A stretch of 64,000 bases of DNA from Tubiluchus corallicola (Eukaryota > Animalia > Priapulida): assembly GCA_030141605.1 (NCBI GenBank), contig JAQGDQ010000811.1, positions 29,200-93,199 on the forward strand, written 5' to 3'. Below, in pieces: positions 1 through 46,309 of the stretch. Every line of letters begins with the position of its first letter. Position 1 is the stretch's first letter. The notes beneath the pieces were generated by a model. It saw only the letters and a program-made list of their open reading frames with translations. It was not told where the DNA came from and did not search any database. The translations under genes and the position numbers were made by a program.

Positions 1-217
1 AATCAATATGTTAGTAGTAACAGAACTGCCAACTTGGTTTGTTTGTTTGTTTGTGGAGTGAGCATAGTTTTATACCAATCAAGATATACAATCTATAAGG
101 TAGGTAAATTGTTAAATTATCTATATAATGTTATATCATATATATCTCTTGGCTATCTAACTACTGAATTGCATTTCGAAGTTGCTTCTAAATTCTGGTA
201 AATTTCTTTGTTTTAGA

Positions 218-261
218 TGCCTTGACAATGAACAGTTTGTTCGAAACCGGTCGACAATAAA
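218..261 (+). ncRNA. Variant hammerhead-like motif from a second PLE family
   Basis: CUUGACAA U GAAC-aguuu-GUUC GAAA CCGG UC, palindromic ACCGGU, followed by AATAAA. Confidence 0.4.
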
Positions 262-321
262 TTCCACTTTGACGTAGTTACATTTATTTGCCAACTATGG
301 ATAATTCAGTCTAGAGTTTAC

Positions 322-32918
<32,597 letters not shown>

Positions 32919-33863
32919 TAATATATCTATGTAATAATTCTATATTCACTGTCAGTTAATATTCACTAGCTTGTCAAATGCAATGAAATTATATATAAAT
33001 TTCGTTTCTTGTAATGGCGGGTATCTCTGTCAGTAGCCTCTTCAAGATTATGGCGACAAATGTTTACTCGAGATGCTAAAATAGATAATAGAGTATTATG
33101 TGAGAAAGCAGTGCTCGCCAGCCTCCCAACGTCGCTGTCAACAATGGCACAGCTTCTTCCTGCGAAATGGCTTCCGTTTCACGGTGGGTGATTTCATACG
33201 ATTCTATCTAAGTAAACCACGTGAATGGATATTAGAGAAAAACGCGATAACGATATTGTTATTAGCAACTCTGCCAAACAATTCCAAGATTAGCTTTGTG
33301 TGCGCGTTTTTCGTATCTATGGCTAACCAGCTGCGTCTGTTAGTTATACAAATTTTAGCCAAAGCGAGATGTCTTTCAGCTTTAGAAGGTAAACTACATG
33401 ATAGCAAGATGAAGAAATGAACACTAGACATTCGTTAGTATGCTCGCAAGAAGTTTTTTTCTTTAAAAACTGGCTTTTGCTGCAAGAGTGGTTCAGATAG
33501 CGAACAACTTTTAATATCACGTTCAATCAGGCGCGGATTAATTTCTTTATAGTAACGACCAGTCGACTCGTGTTAAACTGGCGCTGACGCTGTTTACCTC
33601 TGCTTTTAACGTCACCTGTTTTGCGCACGCGCACTAGTTCCAACCGAACGTCTAGAGCGACTGCTTAATCAGGTTGTAAAATAGTTTCCTATTCCAATAA
33701 TCAGCTATAGCGGTAATAATAACAGTAATTTTAGTGAGCAGGCCCAGTGAGAGGGGGTCAGTCCGGGGCGGCGCTCGGGATGCCCATGAGTTTAGGGCCC
33801 ACAAAGCAAAGGAGGAAAAAAAGAGGGTGTACCTTCAGCAAGGTTGTACCTTTTGTTCTCTTT

Positions 33864-35656
33864 GAGTAGAATCCAGAGTGCTTCGTCATCTCATGAGCCG
33901 AATCTCCACAAGCCACTCTTCCTACCCTTTTAGAGTAGAATCCAGAGTGCTTCGTCATCTCATGAGCCGAATCTCCACAAGCCACTCTTCCTACCCTTTT
34001 AGAGTAGAATCCAGAGTGCTTCGTCATCTCATGAGCCGAATCTCCACAAGCCACTCTTCCTACCCTTTTAGAGTAGAATCCAGAGTGCTTCGTCATCTCA
34101 TGAGCCGAATCTCCACAAGCCACTCTTCCTACCCTTTTAGAGTAGAATCCAGAGTGCTTCGTCATCTCGTGAGCCGAATCTCCACAAGCCAGTCTTCCTA
34201 CCCTTTTAGAGTAGAATCCAGAGTGCTTCGTCATCTCGTGAGCCGAATCTCCACAAGCCACTCTTCCTTCCCTTTTAGAGTAGAATCCAGAGTGCTTCGT
34301 CATCTCATGAGCCGAATCTCCACAAGCCACTCTTCCTACCCTTTTAGAGTAGAATCCAGAGTGCTTCGTCATCTCGTGAGCCGAATCTCCACAAGCCACT
34401 CTTCCTACCCTTTTAGAGTAGAATCCAGAGTGCTTCGTCATCTCGTGAGCCGAATCTCCACAAGCCACTCTTCCTACCCTTTTAGAGTAGAATCCAGAGT
34501 GCTTCGTCATCTCGTGAGCCGAATCTCCACAAGCCCTCTTCCTACCCTTTTAGAGTAGAATCCAGAGTGCTTCGTCATCTCGTGAGCCGAATCTCCACAA
34601 GCCACTCTTCCTACCCTTTTAGAGTAGAATCCAGAGTGCTTCGTCATCTCGTGAGCCGAATCTCCACAAGCCACTCTTCCTACCCTTTTAGAGTAGAATC
34701 CAGAGTGCTTCGTCATCTCATGAGCCGAATCTCCACAAGCCACTCTTCCTACCCTTTTAGAGTAGAATCCAGAGTGCTTCGTCATCTCGTGAGCCGAATC
34801 TCCACAAGCCACTCTTCCTACCCTTTTTGAGTAGAATCCAGAGTGCTTCGTCATCTCATGAGCCGAATCTCCACAAGCCACTCTTCCTACCCTTTTAGAG
34901 TAGAATCCAGAGTGCTTCGTCATCTCGTGAGCCGAATCTCCACAAGCCAGTCTTCCTACCCTTTTAGAGTAGAATCCAGAGTGCTTCGTCATCTCATGAG
35001 CCGAATCTCCACAAGCCACTCTTCCTACCCTTTTAGAGTAGAATCCAGAGTGCTTCGTCATCTCATGAGCCGAATCTCCACAAGCCACTCTTCCTACCCT
35101 TTTAGAGTAGAATCCAGAGTGCTTCGTCATCTCGTGAGCCGAATCTCCGCAAGCCACTCTTCCTACCCTTTTAGAGTAGAATCCAGAGTACTTCGTCATC
35201 TCGTGAGCCGAATCTCCACAAGCCACTCTTCCTACCCTTTTAGAGTAGAATGCAGAGTGCTTCGTCATCTCATGAGCTGAATCTCCACAAGCCATTCTTC
35301 CTACCCTTTTAGAGTAGAATCCAGAGTGCTTCGTCATCTCGTGAGCCGAATCTCCACAAGCCACTCTTCCTACCCTTTTAGAGTAGAATCCAGAGTGCTT
35401 CGTCATCTCATGAGCCGAATCTCCACAAGCCACTCTTCCTACCCTTTTTGAGTAGAATCCAGAGTGCTTCGTCATCTCGTGAGCCGAATCTCCACAAGCC
35501 ACTCTTCCTACCCTTTTTGAGTAGAATCCAGAGTGCTTCGTCATCTCATGAGCCGAATCTCCACAAGCCACTCTTCCTACCCTTTTAGAGTAGAATCCAG
35601 AGTGCTTCGTCATCTCGTGAGCCGAATGTCCCCAAGCCACTCTTCCTACCCTTTTG
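33864..35656. repeat. 69-bp minisatellite, about 26 highly similar copies
   Basis: gagtagaatccagagtgcttcgtcatctc(a/g)tgagccgaatctccacaagccactcttcctaccctttta. Confidence 0.98.
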
Positions 35657-35905
35657 AACATTCTTTTATCCATCACTTCTATCCTTACTTTGCACAACTC
35701 TTTTTTAAATTGCCTAAAAACCTTCGTTTTTTCTGTTCTTCTTTTCTCATTATTTGAACTTGTTTATGATGGTGCAAGCACCTAACAAGTTTTACTTCTG
35801 GTTCTTGCCATTTATTCTATGCACGCTGTCATATAATCATTATTATTAATATCTATTTTTCCCAGTGTTTCTTGATATTGTATTTGTATTTACACTTCCA
35901 AATAA

Positions 35906-36052
<147 letters not shown>

Positions 36053-36897
36053 AGGCAAATAAAATAAGATTCTTGCAAACTAAAACCGTCCATAAGTCGG
36101 TATTGTTAAAACCACGTTATTCTGCTTCAAAGCAAAATGTATCAAAAACTCTGTCAAACGTCAAATTTTATTTATTTTATTAAAACAAACGCTAAAAATA
36201 TCGAACTTTTTTATCCTACAATTCCCAAAAATTCTCGATTCCGAAATCCAGGCGCTGGTGCCCGTCTGACTAGAGAACTGCGAAATACATGTAACAGCGA
36301 AGAACTAGTGGCGCGAACGTGAAACTGCATTTGTGTGGTAATAATTCTTTCACGTCATTTTTGAAAAAATAGTATGTTTGCTTTCAATATTTTAAAGAGT
36401 TGATTGTTTTGACCTACAGTTTAAGATGGAGTCCGGTTTTGTTTTAAAGGATTGTGGGTACGTCGCCACCTTAACCTTAAACTTTGAGCTCGAGTGGCAA
36501 TTATAGTACAGAACACAATTTTGGAAAAAAATCCCATTTTAAGGATTTAATGTTGTTAAAACTGCGTGCGTGAATGAAGTACGTTGTGCGTGACTTGTTA
36601 CGCAGTAGGTAATTATTCACACATCCTGATCTTCATTCTCAATGTTCCAATGTAATTAATTCAATTTAACGAACTATTCTAATCAATTTCACGAAGTTCA
36701 TAACCCCACGGTTTCTCATTTAATTAGCAATGCATAATTATACGCATTGAACAAATTAGTGAATCTTTGGTCCCTATTGCGATGAATGAGATCGATAGTC
36801 ATTTAATTTGCAGAAAAAATTTAACACTCAGCCTGGGATTTGAACCAGGATTTTTTACTTCGAGCTACGTGGTTAACCTTCAGTAGCCTACACAGAG

Positions 36898-39305
36898 TCA
36901 GGTAACAATTTAGTTATGTTTAACATTGGACAGGGAACAATTTAGTTATATTTCACATTGGGCTGGAAACAATTTAGTTTTATTTCACATTGGGCTGGGA
37001 ACAATTTAGTTTTATTTCACATTGGGCAGGGAACAATTTTGTTATATTTCACATTGGGCAGGGAACAATTTAGTTGTATTTCACATTGGACAGGGAACAA
37101 TTTAGTTATATTTGACATTGGGCAGGGAACAATTTAGTTGTATTTCACATTGGACAGGGAACAATCTAGTTATATTTCACATTGGACAGGGAACAATTTA
37201 GTTATATTTCACATTGGGCAGAGAACAATTTAGTTATATTTCACATTGGACAGGGAACAATTTAGTTATATTTCACATTGGACAGGGAACAATTTAGTTA
37301 TATTTCACATTGGCGAACAAAGTTCACATGGGAACTTATTTATTTCATGGACAGGGAACAATTTAGTTTATTTCACATTGGACAGGAACAATTTAGTTAT
37401 ATTTCACATTGGGCAGGGAACAATTTAGTTATATTTCACATTGGACAGGGAACAATTTAGTTATATTTCACATTGGACAGGGAACAATTTAGTTATATTT
37501 CACATTGGGCAGGGAACAATTTAGTTATATTCACATTGGGCAGGGAACAATTTAGTTATATATTTCACATTGGGCTGGGAACAATTTAGTTTTATTTCAC
37601 ATTGGGCAGGGAACAATTTAGTTATATTTCACATTGAGCAGGGAACAATTTAGTTATATTTCACATTGGACAGGGAACAATTTAGTTGTATTTCACATTG
37701 GACAGGGAACAATTTAGTTATATTTCACATTGGACAGGGAACAATTTAGTTATATTTCACATTGGGCAGGGAACAATTTAGTTATATTTCACATTGGACA
37801 GGGAACAATTTAGTTATATTTCACATTGGACAGGGAACAATTTAGTTATGTTTCACATTGGGCAGGGAACAATTTAGTTATATATTTCACATTGGGCTGG
37901 GAACAATTTAGTTTTATTTCACATTGGGCTGGGAACAATTTAGTTTTATTTCACATTGGGCAGGGAACAATTTTGTTATATTTCACATTGGGCAGGGAAC
38001 AATTTAGCTATATATTTCACATTGGACAGGGAACAATTTAGTTGTATTTCACACTGGACAGGGAACAATTTAGTTGTATTTCACACTGGACAGGGAACAA
38101 TTTAGTTTTATTTCACATTGGGCAGAGAACAATTTAGTTGTATTTCACATTGGGCAGGGAACAATTTAGTTATATTTCACATTGGACAGGGAACAATTTA
38201 GTTATATTTCACATTGGACAGGGAACAATCTAGTTATATTTCACATTGGACAGGGAACAATTTAGTTATATTTCACATTGGGCAGGGAACAATTTAGTTA
38301 TATTTCACATTGGGCAGAGAACAATTTAGTTATATTTCACATTGGGCAGGGAACAATTTAGTTATATTTCACATTGGGCAGGGAACAATTTAGTTATATT
38401 TCACATTGGGCAGGGAACAATTTAGTTATATTCACATTGGGCAGGGAACAATTTAGTTATATATTTCACATTGGGCTGGGAACAATTTAGTTTTATTTCA
38501 CATTGGGCTGGGAACAATTTAGCTTTATTTCACATTGGGCAGGGAACAATTTTGTTATATTTCACATTGGGCAGGGAACAATTTAGCTATATATTTCACA
38601 TTGGACAGGGAACAATTTAGTTGTATTTCACACTGGACAGGGAACAATTTAGTTTTATTTCACATTGGACAGGGAACAATTTAGTTATGTTTCACACTGG
38701 ACAGGGAACAATTTAGTTTTATTTCACATTGGACAGGGAACAATTTAGTTTTATTTCACATTGGGCAGGGAACAATTTAGTTATATTTCACATTGGGCAG
38801 GGAACAATTTAGTTATATTTCACATTAGGCAGGGAACAATTTAGTTATATTTCACATTCATTGGGCAGAGAACAATTTAGTTATATTTCACATTGGACTG
38901 GGGAACAATTTAGTTATATTTCACATTGGGCAGAGAACAATTTAGTTATATTTCACATTGGGCAGGGAACAATTTAGTTATATTTCACATTGGGCAGGGA
39001 ACAATTTAGTTAAATTTCACATTGGGCAGGGAACAATCTAGTTATATTTCACATTGGGCTGGGAACAATTTAGTTATATTTCACATTGGGCAGGGAACAA
39101 TTTAGTTATATTTCACATTGGGCTGGGAACAATTTAGTTATATTTCACATTGGGCAGGGAACAATTTAGTTATATTTCACATTGGGCTGGGGAACAATTT
39201 AGTTATAATTTAGTTATATTTCACATTGGGCAGGGAACAATTTAGTTATATATATTCACATTGGGCAGGGAACAATTTAGTTATATTTCACATTGGGCAG
39301 GGAAC
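36898..39305. repeat. 32-bp minisatellite, about 75 copies
   Basis: gggaacaatttagttatatttcacattgg(a/g)ca. Confidence 0.97.
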
Positions 39306-39486
39306 GCTTTAATTACCATATATATAACTGATTATAATTAGCAGTGTATATAGACTCACTACATGCATTTACAACAAATCACTTCCACAATGAACAATAG
39401 TGTTTGTTTGATATTATTTTTTTACTTTTGTCTTATTTGCATCATGCCATATAATATATAATATAATATATAATACAAATATGCCA

Positions 39487-40088
<602 letters not shown>

Positions 40089-40349
40089 TATTTCACAATG
40101 TACTGTACAACACTGTACAACAGATTGAATTATTTGTGTTAATCTCCTTGTTATTTCCATAAGTTATTGCAGTACGTAAAACCACATAAATTTCATTGTA
40201 TGTATGAGGCTATAATGACAATAAAGTACTTACTTACTTACTTACTTAATTGTAATTCTGGGAACCAGTGATTTTTTAAAGGGATTAACACCCCCTCCCT
40301 TCCTGTTGTCCAGGAAAATGGTTTTTTGACCTACCTAGACTAGTCACAT

Positions 40350-40462
40350 GTGATAAATCATTCAGTTCTGCTGCGTCAAATTGTGGAATTCTTTGTCCTT
40401 GCATTTACACCTGATCAAGTTGCTTGATAATTTAAGAAATGTCTGAAAATTTACTATTTTAA
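40350..40462 (+). mobile_element. CR1/L2-like LINE 3' coding remnant
   Basis: KSFSSAA / KLWNSL...FKKCLKIYYF with frameshifts. Confidence 0.45.
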
Positions 40463-40523
40463 TGAAGCCTTCTGTGGTTGTGCTAATCTTGTGTTTTTTA
40501 CGATTGTGTCTGTTTCATGGCAT

Positions 40524-40802
40524 TGCTTTTATTATTTTCTTTTCCTGTGCTTTTATTATTTTCTTTTCCTGTGCTTTTATTATTTTCTTTTCCTGTGCTT
40601 TTATTATTTTCTTTTCCTGTGCTTTTATTATTTTCTTTTCCTGTGCTTTTATTATTTTCTTTTCCTGTGCTTTTATTATTTTCTTTTCCTGTGCTTTTAT
40701 TATTTTCTTTTCCTGTGCTTTTATTATTTTCTTTTCCTGTGCTTTTATTATTTTCTTTTCCTGTGCTTTTATTATTTTCTTTTCCTGTGCTTTTATTATT
40801 TT
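40524..40802. repeat. 24-bp minisatellite, about 12 copies
   Basis: tgcttttattattttcttttcctg. Confidence 0.97.
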
Positions 40803-40881
40803 ACTAAATTTTCCCTGGTTTTTTATTTAACTTTTTGTCATATTCACTTTTAATCAATCATTGTGCCATTGTCTTAAATAC

Positions 40882-41273
40882 TGTTACGAAGGCAGATTAT
40901 CACCATCCCCCTAATAATAGTAATGGGTATGGTCGAGAAGCCCAGTAATGTAAATGTACCTGTATAAAACAGAATGCTTGCCGTAATTTGACGATTCCAA
41001 CCTGGCTTTTCTGTCTGTAAGTGTGAATGCTGTAGGTTTGCTGATTTTTATACAAAAGTCTGTTCACATGTCATGGAGCTACTGGTTGTGCATTAAAGTT
41101 TATTTTACATTCGTATTATTTTTACTTTTCTCGTCTGCTGTAAAGTATTTCATAACTTGTATGCCGCTCTATACATCCTGAGACGGACCCGCGCTGGAAC
41201 TCCGCATCCGTTACACTGGTGTCAGAAGTGGGATCCGAAATTGCCAACTGGAATGGAACCCGGAGACGTTACA
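40882..41273 (+). mobile_element. LTR (40882-41215) with tRNA-Leu-type PBS (41217-41234), internally deleted Gypsy-like remnant
   Basis: TGTTAC...GTTACA ends, then c-TGGTGTCAGAAGTGGGAT; second cgttaca end at 41273. Confidence 0.7.
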
Positions 41274-41903
41274 ATATGTTATGAACAATTAATTGTTTTT
41301 AATAATTTTGACGGTTTTCTATTTGTAAGATTCATTTGATGATCATGTAAAATGCATTAAAATATTAAATAAATTATTATTTTTATCATTATTATTATCT
41401 ACCCGATAAACAGCCTTTCACAAACTAAGAAATTATTGAAAAATACAAGGCTTGTCTAAACACTCTTCTAAACACAACAAAAATATATTTAGAAATACAA
41501 AATATAAAAAATTTCCAACAAAAAGTTAACATTAAATTTTGTTGTTTTGTGTGACTTTTTTCCAGTTTTTTAATTGAGAATGAACTACGCGAACAACTTG
41601 AATCGCCGTGTTTTTTCAATCAAGATTATTTGTTTTCGAAAATCGTTTTTCCAAAATACTTGTAAGAAAACTCATACATTGTAAACCCCGTTATTTATTA
41701 TTTTAATAAATAAACATAACTTAACCAATAAGCTTAAATAATATATGTTCATTTGTTGTGTCACAATTTGATCGTTATGGTAATTGATTTGCGATAGTAA
41801 TGAAACTAGTTACCAAACAGATTTGCATAGCTTAACTCAACATAGTTGTTCAAGTGAATGAATCGACAAATGGTTTATGATAATTTGCGTATGAAGGGCA
41901 GTA

Positions 41904-42327
41904 CAGGGGCGTATCAAGACTTGATGATGACGCCCTGGGCTCACAGTTCTGTCCCGCCCATTTGTATTAAGAAATCATCATTAGTTATATACTGAAAGGA
42001 TCAAACAATTACTTGTGGTGTATTAGTAATACTATTAAGCTATAACCTAGTTGCTACATGATCATTGTTAATTACGTGTATATGAACTGCGTTTGTATAC
42101 AAATAGTCCCAGTAACTGTTTGTTGTGTACTACCTTGTACTTGTTCGTTATGTAGCAACAGGTGTGACTAACTGCCTGTGGTGTGTTATACAATGCTTGT
42201 ACATGAATATGAACGGATAAACATTTTCCGAGGAGAATAAGATTTTTTTTTTAAATTTGGCGCCTAAAATCTGGCGCCCCTGCCCTAGACTGTAGCCCAG
42301 TTAGCCTATTGGTTAATACGCCCCCTG
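41904..42327 (-). mobile_element. hAT-like MITE, second copy
   Basis: TIRs caggggcgtat / atacgccccctg; degenerate 8-bp flanks gggcagta / ggcgagta. Confidence 0.72.
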
Positions 42328-43559
42328 GGCGAGTAAAATAAATGAGCTAATTTTTGACATAAAAGTGTTGCTAATGGAATTCGATATGTGAGCAGCTAGT
42401 ATGCTTCTATTTAGAGTAAGTCTTTATTTGACCTTGGTGATTAGTATGAAGGTAGCCAAGGTCACGAGGCTTAATCATGTTGCATAGTAAATTAGAACGT
42501 AGTTCAGTGTCAGTCGATATGCTTGATTTACCTTGAGAACCTTGACATACCTGGTTCTGCTTCTAGAACAATTTATTCATTTACACATTTTTTGATGGGT
42601 TGGCTTGATTAGTTTGCTTAATTCATATTTATTTGGTAATTACAATTACAATTACAATTACAATTCACACAACACACACACTGATTACAAAGATATAATT
42701 ACTTACATATACAACGCTATAAAAAACATATACTACGTTATTGAGAATACAATTATACAAGTCAAATTCAATAATTTAAACTAAAGACAAAACGTCAAAC
42801 TTTGATGTATAAACCCAATGGTACAACATAAATGTATATAAACATAAATCTAGGATAGTTGCATACACGTATAGTATTTAATCTACATAAATGATGTTAT
42901 ATATATATGTATTTCTATACTAAACTTCTCTACATTTCTATACTTTAAAGGAAAAGACCACAATAACGGAACACAGGACTGAATGTTATTATTATATTTT
43001 ACACAGGACTTTCTTTCCAGAAAAAAACATTTTTCTTACAATAACGTCCATCACTACTCCATCTTTAACTTGATGTAATTTCTCATCTTGGCTCGCAGAA
43101 ATAGGCCCCTGTAGAACAGTCTGTAACTACTACGAAGTATAGACAAGATTGAATTACTTTGTTACACCCAAGTAACCATAGTGACCAATACAATCTGTAC
43201 ACAATATAGAGGTGCTGCAATATCATCGCAAATAAATGCGTTAACTTTGTTAGCTGCGTGCTTGCAAGGAACAGGGCACACAAGTAGGAATAATACATAT
43301 GCTGTAAACATGGAGACTATGCAAGAAAAAAATGCAATTATATCATATTCAGACTATGCAGACAAAATTGCAATTATATCATATTCAGACTATGCAGACA
43401 AAATTGCAATTATTGTAACGAGATATGTATGTGTACTCAGTACAAACAACGTGAATATGATAACACTATTGACCTGTTACAGACAGAGTCTTGCACGAAG
43501 GTTTTATTAGCTCACTGTTTCTTTTTATTAGATAAGTGAAACGAAAAGAAGCGGTGAGA

Positions 43560-43925
43560 CAAGGTAAGGTATGGTTAAGGTAGGGTAAGGTGAGGAAGGG
43601 TAAGATAAGGTAAGGTAAGGTAGGGTAAGGTGAGGTGAGGTGAGGTAAGGTAAGGTAAGGTAAGGTAAGGTAGGGTAAGGTAAGGTAAGGTAAGGTAAGG
43701 TAAGGTAAGGTAAGGTAAGGTAAGGTAAGGTAAGGTAAGGTAAGATAAGGTAAGGTAAGGTAAGGTAAGGTAAGATAAGGTAAGGTAAGGTAAGGTAAGG
43801 TAAGGTAGGGTAGGTAGGGTAGGGTAGGGTAGGGTAGGGTAGGGTAGGGTAGGGTAGGGTAGGGTAGGGTAGGGTAGGGTAGGGTGAGGTGAGGTGAGGT
43901 AAGGTAAGGCATGGGAAGGGAAGGC
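43560..43925. repeat. (TAAGG)n/(TAGGG)n
   Basis: Direct reading. Confidence 0.95.
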
Positions 43926-44438
43926 AATGCAAATTAAACTAATGTAATATATAAGGTAAGATAAGTCGAAGAAATCGTTAGGTGAGGAAGGGCGAGGGAA
44001 GGTAAGATATAATAAGGTAAGGTAAGGTAAAGTAGGATAAGACAAAGTAGGAAAACCGGTTTCGGTAAAACCATCTGAGAATAAGATCTTTTTTTACCTT
44101 GTGATAGATGCTTAATTTACTCTTATACTTGATTATTTAAACGTTTCATCGATTGCAAGATTACTTTCTTTGAATTTGGCTGGAATTAGCAATTAGTGTT
44201 ACCGATAATTCTCAACTTTCATCACGATTACATAATTTTCTGGAGAGTACAGAATGCCAGGTACAGTAAGGTAAGCTAAGACAAAGAAGGCAATGTAGGC
44301 AAGGTAAGATATAATGTAATGTTAGGTAGGATAGGGTAAGATAAGGTAAGGTAATTAGGTATGGTAAAGTAATATATATATATACATATATACATACATT
44401 TATACATACATATATATATATACATATATACGCACACA

Positions 44439-44515
<77 letters not shown>

Positions 44516-45001
44516 ATATATTAACTAAACAGTAGTACTTGATTCAAGTCTCTCCACAAAGAGCAAGGTAATATAATGTAATATTATGTAATATTATGTA
44601 ATATAATTATTTGTGAGACAAAATTTAGAGAAACTGATTTTTTGATAGGAACTATGACGTCAATGTGGTTTCTGATGCATAGGCTTATTAGCTCAAGCCT
44701 TAATTAGGTAATTAGGTTTTTTTGTAATGACGATTTTGGCGAGTTTGCTATGGTCGTAATCTGAAGTGAATTCAGTGAAGCAAAGACGCATGTGATTGTA
44801 ATAATATTTATTACAAACAAACCACAATTACAAACATTACAATACTGAATTAAGTCACACTGCAAAATCTTCACCCACAAAAGCCTTGAATTATTCATTG
44901 GCTAAAACAATGGTGACAGAAAAACGAAAGTTCTTAAAATTCTAAAAATACACTATAATGTAATGATAGACCTATACAGGATTACAGCTGATGTTGCTTA
45001 G

Positions 45002-45544
45002 TATAGTTTTTACACATCAAATGTAGACACAGGAAAGTTCAAATGTGACTTAGGTAAGTCAAATGTAGACATAGGAATTTCGAATGTGTTTTGGTAACTC
45101 AAATGTGACTTAGGTAAGTCAAATGTAGATGCATTACTTTGAATAAATCGGTAATTAACTCATTTAAGTGCAAATTAGAAAAAGATAAACCAAAGATAGT
45201 GCATCTATTAGTAAGCCTATAACATTGTTATTTTAACTTAGGAGCAATTATTAAATTGAAATTAAAAAAGATTAAATTTAACATCCTTAAACTTTACCAC
45301 CTATCCACATTTGAGATACCAATGTCACATTTGACTTGACATGTGTCTACATTTGACTTACCAAAAACGCTCAAAATTTGTTGAAAACCATTGTTAACAT
45401 ATTTGAACTACCTAAGTCTACATTTGAGTTACCAAGACACATTTGAACTACCTAAGTCTACATTTGAGTTACCAAAACACATTTGAACTACCTAAATCTA
45501 CATTTAAGTCAACGTAGGTCTACATTTGACATGTAAAACCTATA
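45002..45544. mobile_element. Foldback MITE with repeated caaatgtagac subterminal motifs
   Basis: Ends tatagtttttaca / tgtaaaacctata; caaatgtagac arrays on the left, gtctacatttg arrays on the right. Confidence 0.65.
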
Positions 45545-46189
45545 GTACTTGATCTATTATGTAAAATAATGAAAAAAAAACTAAAAAAACAGGCATAAAA
45601 CATTAAAATTTTGCAACAAATCCCTGTTCTTTGGATTCTTTGAATTGACAGTAATTTGGAAACCCAAGCAGTCAGTTCTAATATGAAACCATAAGCGTTT
45701 TTATACAAACATTGACAGACATTTGAGATAAGACAATTGAGACTGCTTCTTTAACAATATTGAACTTACTATTTATGTATGATAAAAAGTCAGACGAAAA
45801 GTCCATAAGACATTTTTTCAATTACTGTAACGTTACGTAAGATATTCTAAACTAAACTGACACTATGTGAACATATTGTGAAAAGTTGTTACATGTGTGA
45901 GCCAACCATTAGTACAGCTTCAACCCTTCTCAAGATCTTCATGATCTGATACAATCAATGATTTTTTCTTAGATACTTTTATACATCGATGATGCAATGT
46001 AATAATGTAATAATTTATGTAATAATCATTACCATGGTTACGATAATATTATGTTACAATTGGATTTGCAATCTAAACTTCCCATCTGTCAGATGCGTTA
46101 GATTTATGTACGTAATTGGTTTTGCATGTGAACATTGATAGTAATAATTAATGTCACACTCTTGCTTGTAACCTACAGATATAAAACTG

Positions 46190-46309
46190 TCATAAGTTTG
46201 TAATTGCCAGACTAGTGGGCCTCCCGCATATCCGGTATGTCTTCCTCTCACAACAACAACGAAAGAGGTACTTCAAGAAATTCCAAACTTTCAGCCAAAA
46301 CTGTCTCAC
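46190..46309 (-). CDS. aGPCR-like last coding exon (helix 8, C-tail)
   Basis: tttgtag|[39 protein letters not shown]; 120 bp including TGA. Confidence 0.88.
   Translation of the reverse strand: MRQFWLKVWNFLKYLFRCCCERKTYRICGRPTSLAITNL

Noticed and set aside
33100-33431. 106-aa plus-strand ORF upstream of the rGC gene
   Set aside because: GTG start, no recognisable motif; probably promoter or 5' UTR sequence
33864-35656. 69-bp (and 43-, 46-, 32-bp) arrays as CRISPR arrays
   Set aside because: Units are wholly repeated with no unique spacers; no cas genes; intron-containing eukaryotic context
33758-35697. 250-396 aa ORFs with 23-aa repeats
   Set aside because: By-product of a 69-bp unit divisible by 3; open on both strands, no splice or domain support
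43560-43925. Interstitial telomere
   Set aside because: Units are TAAGG/TAGGG, not TTAGG, TTAGGG or TTAGGC, and many other simple repeats occur nearby
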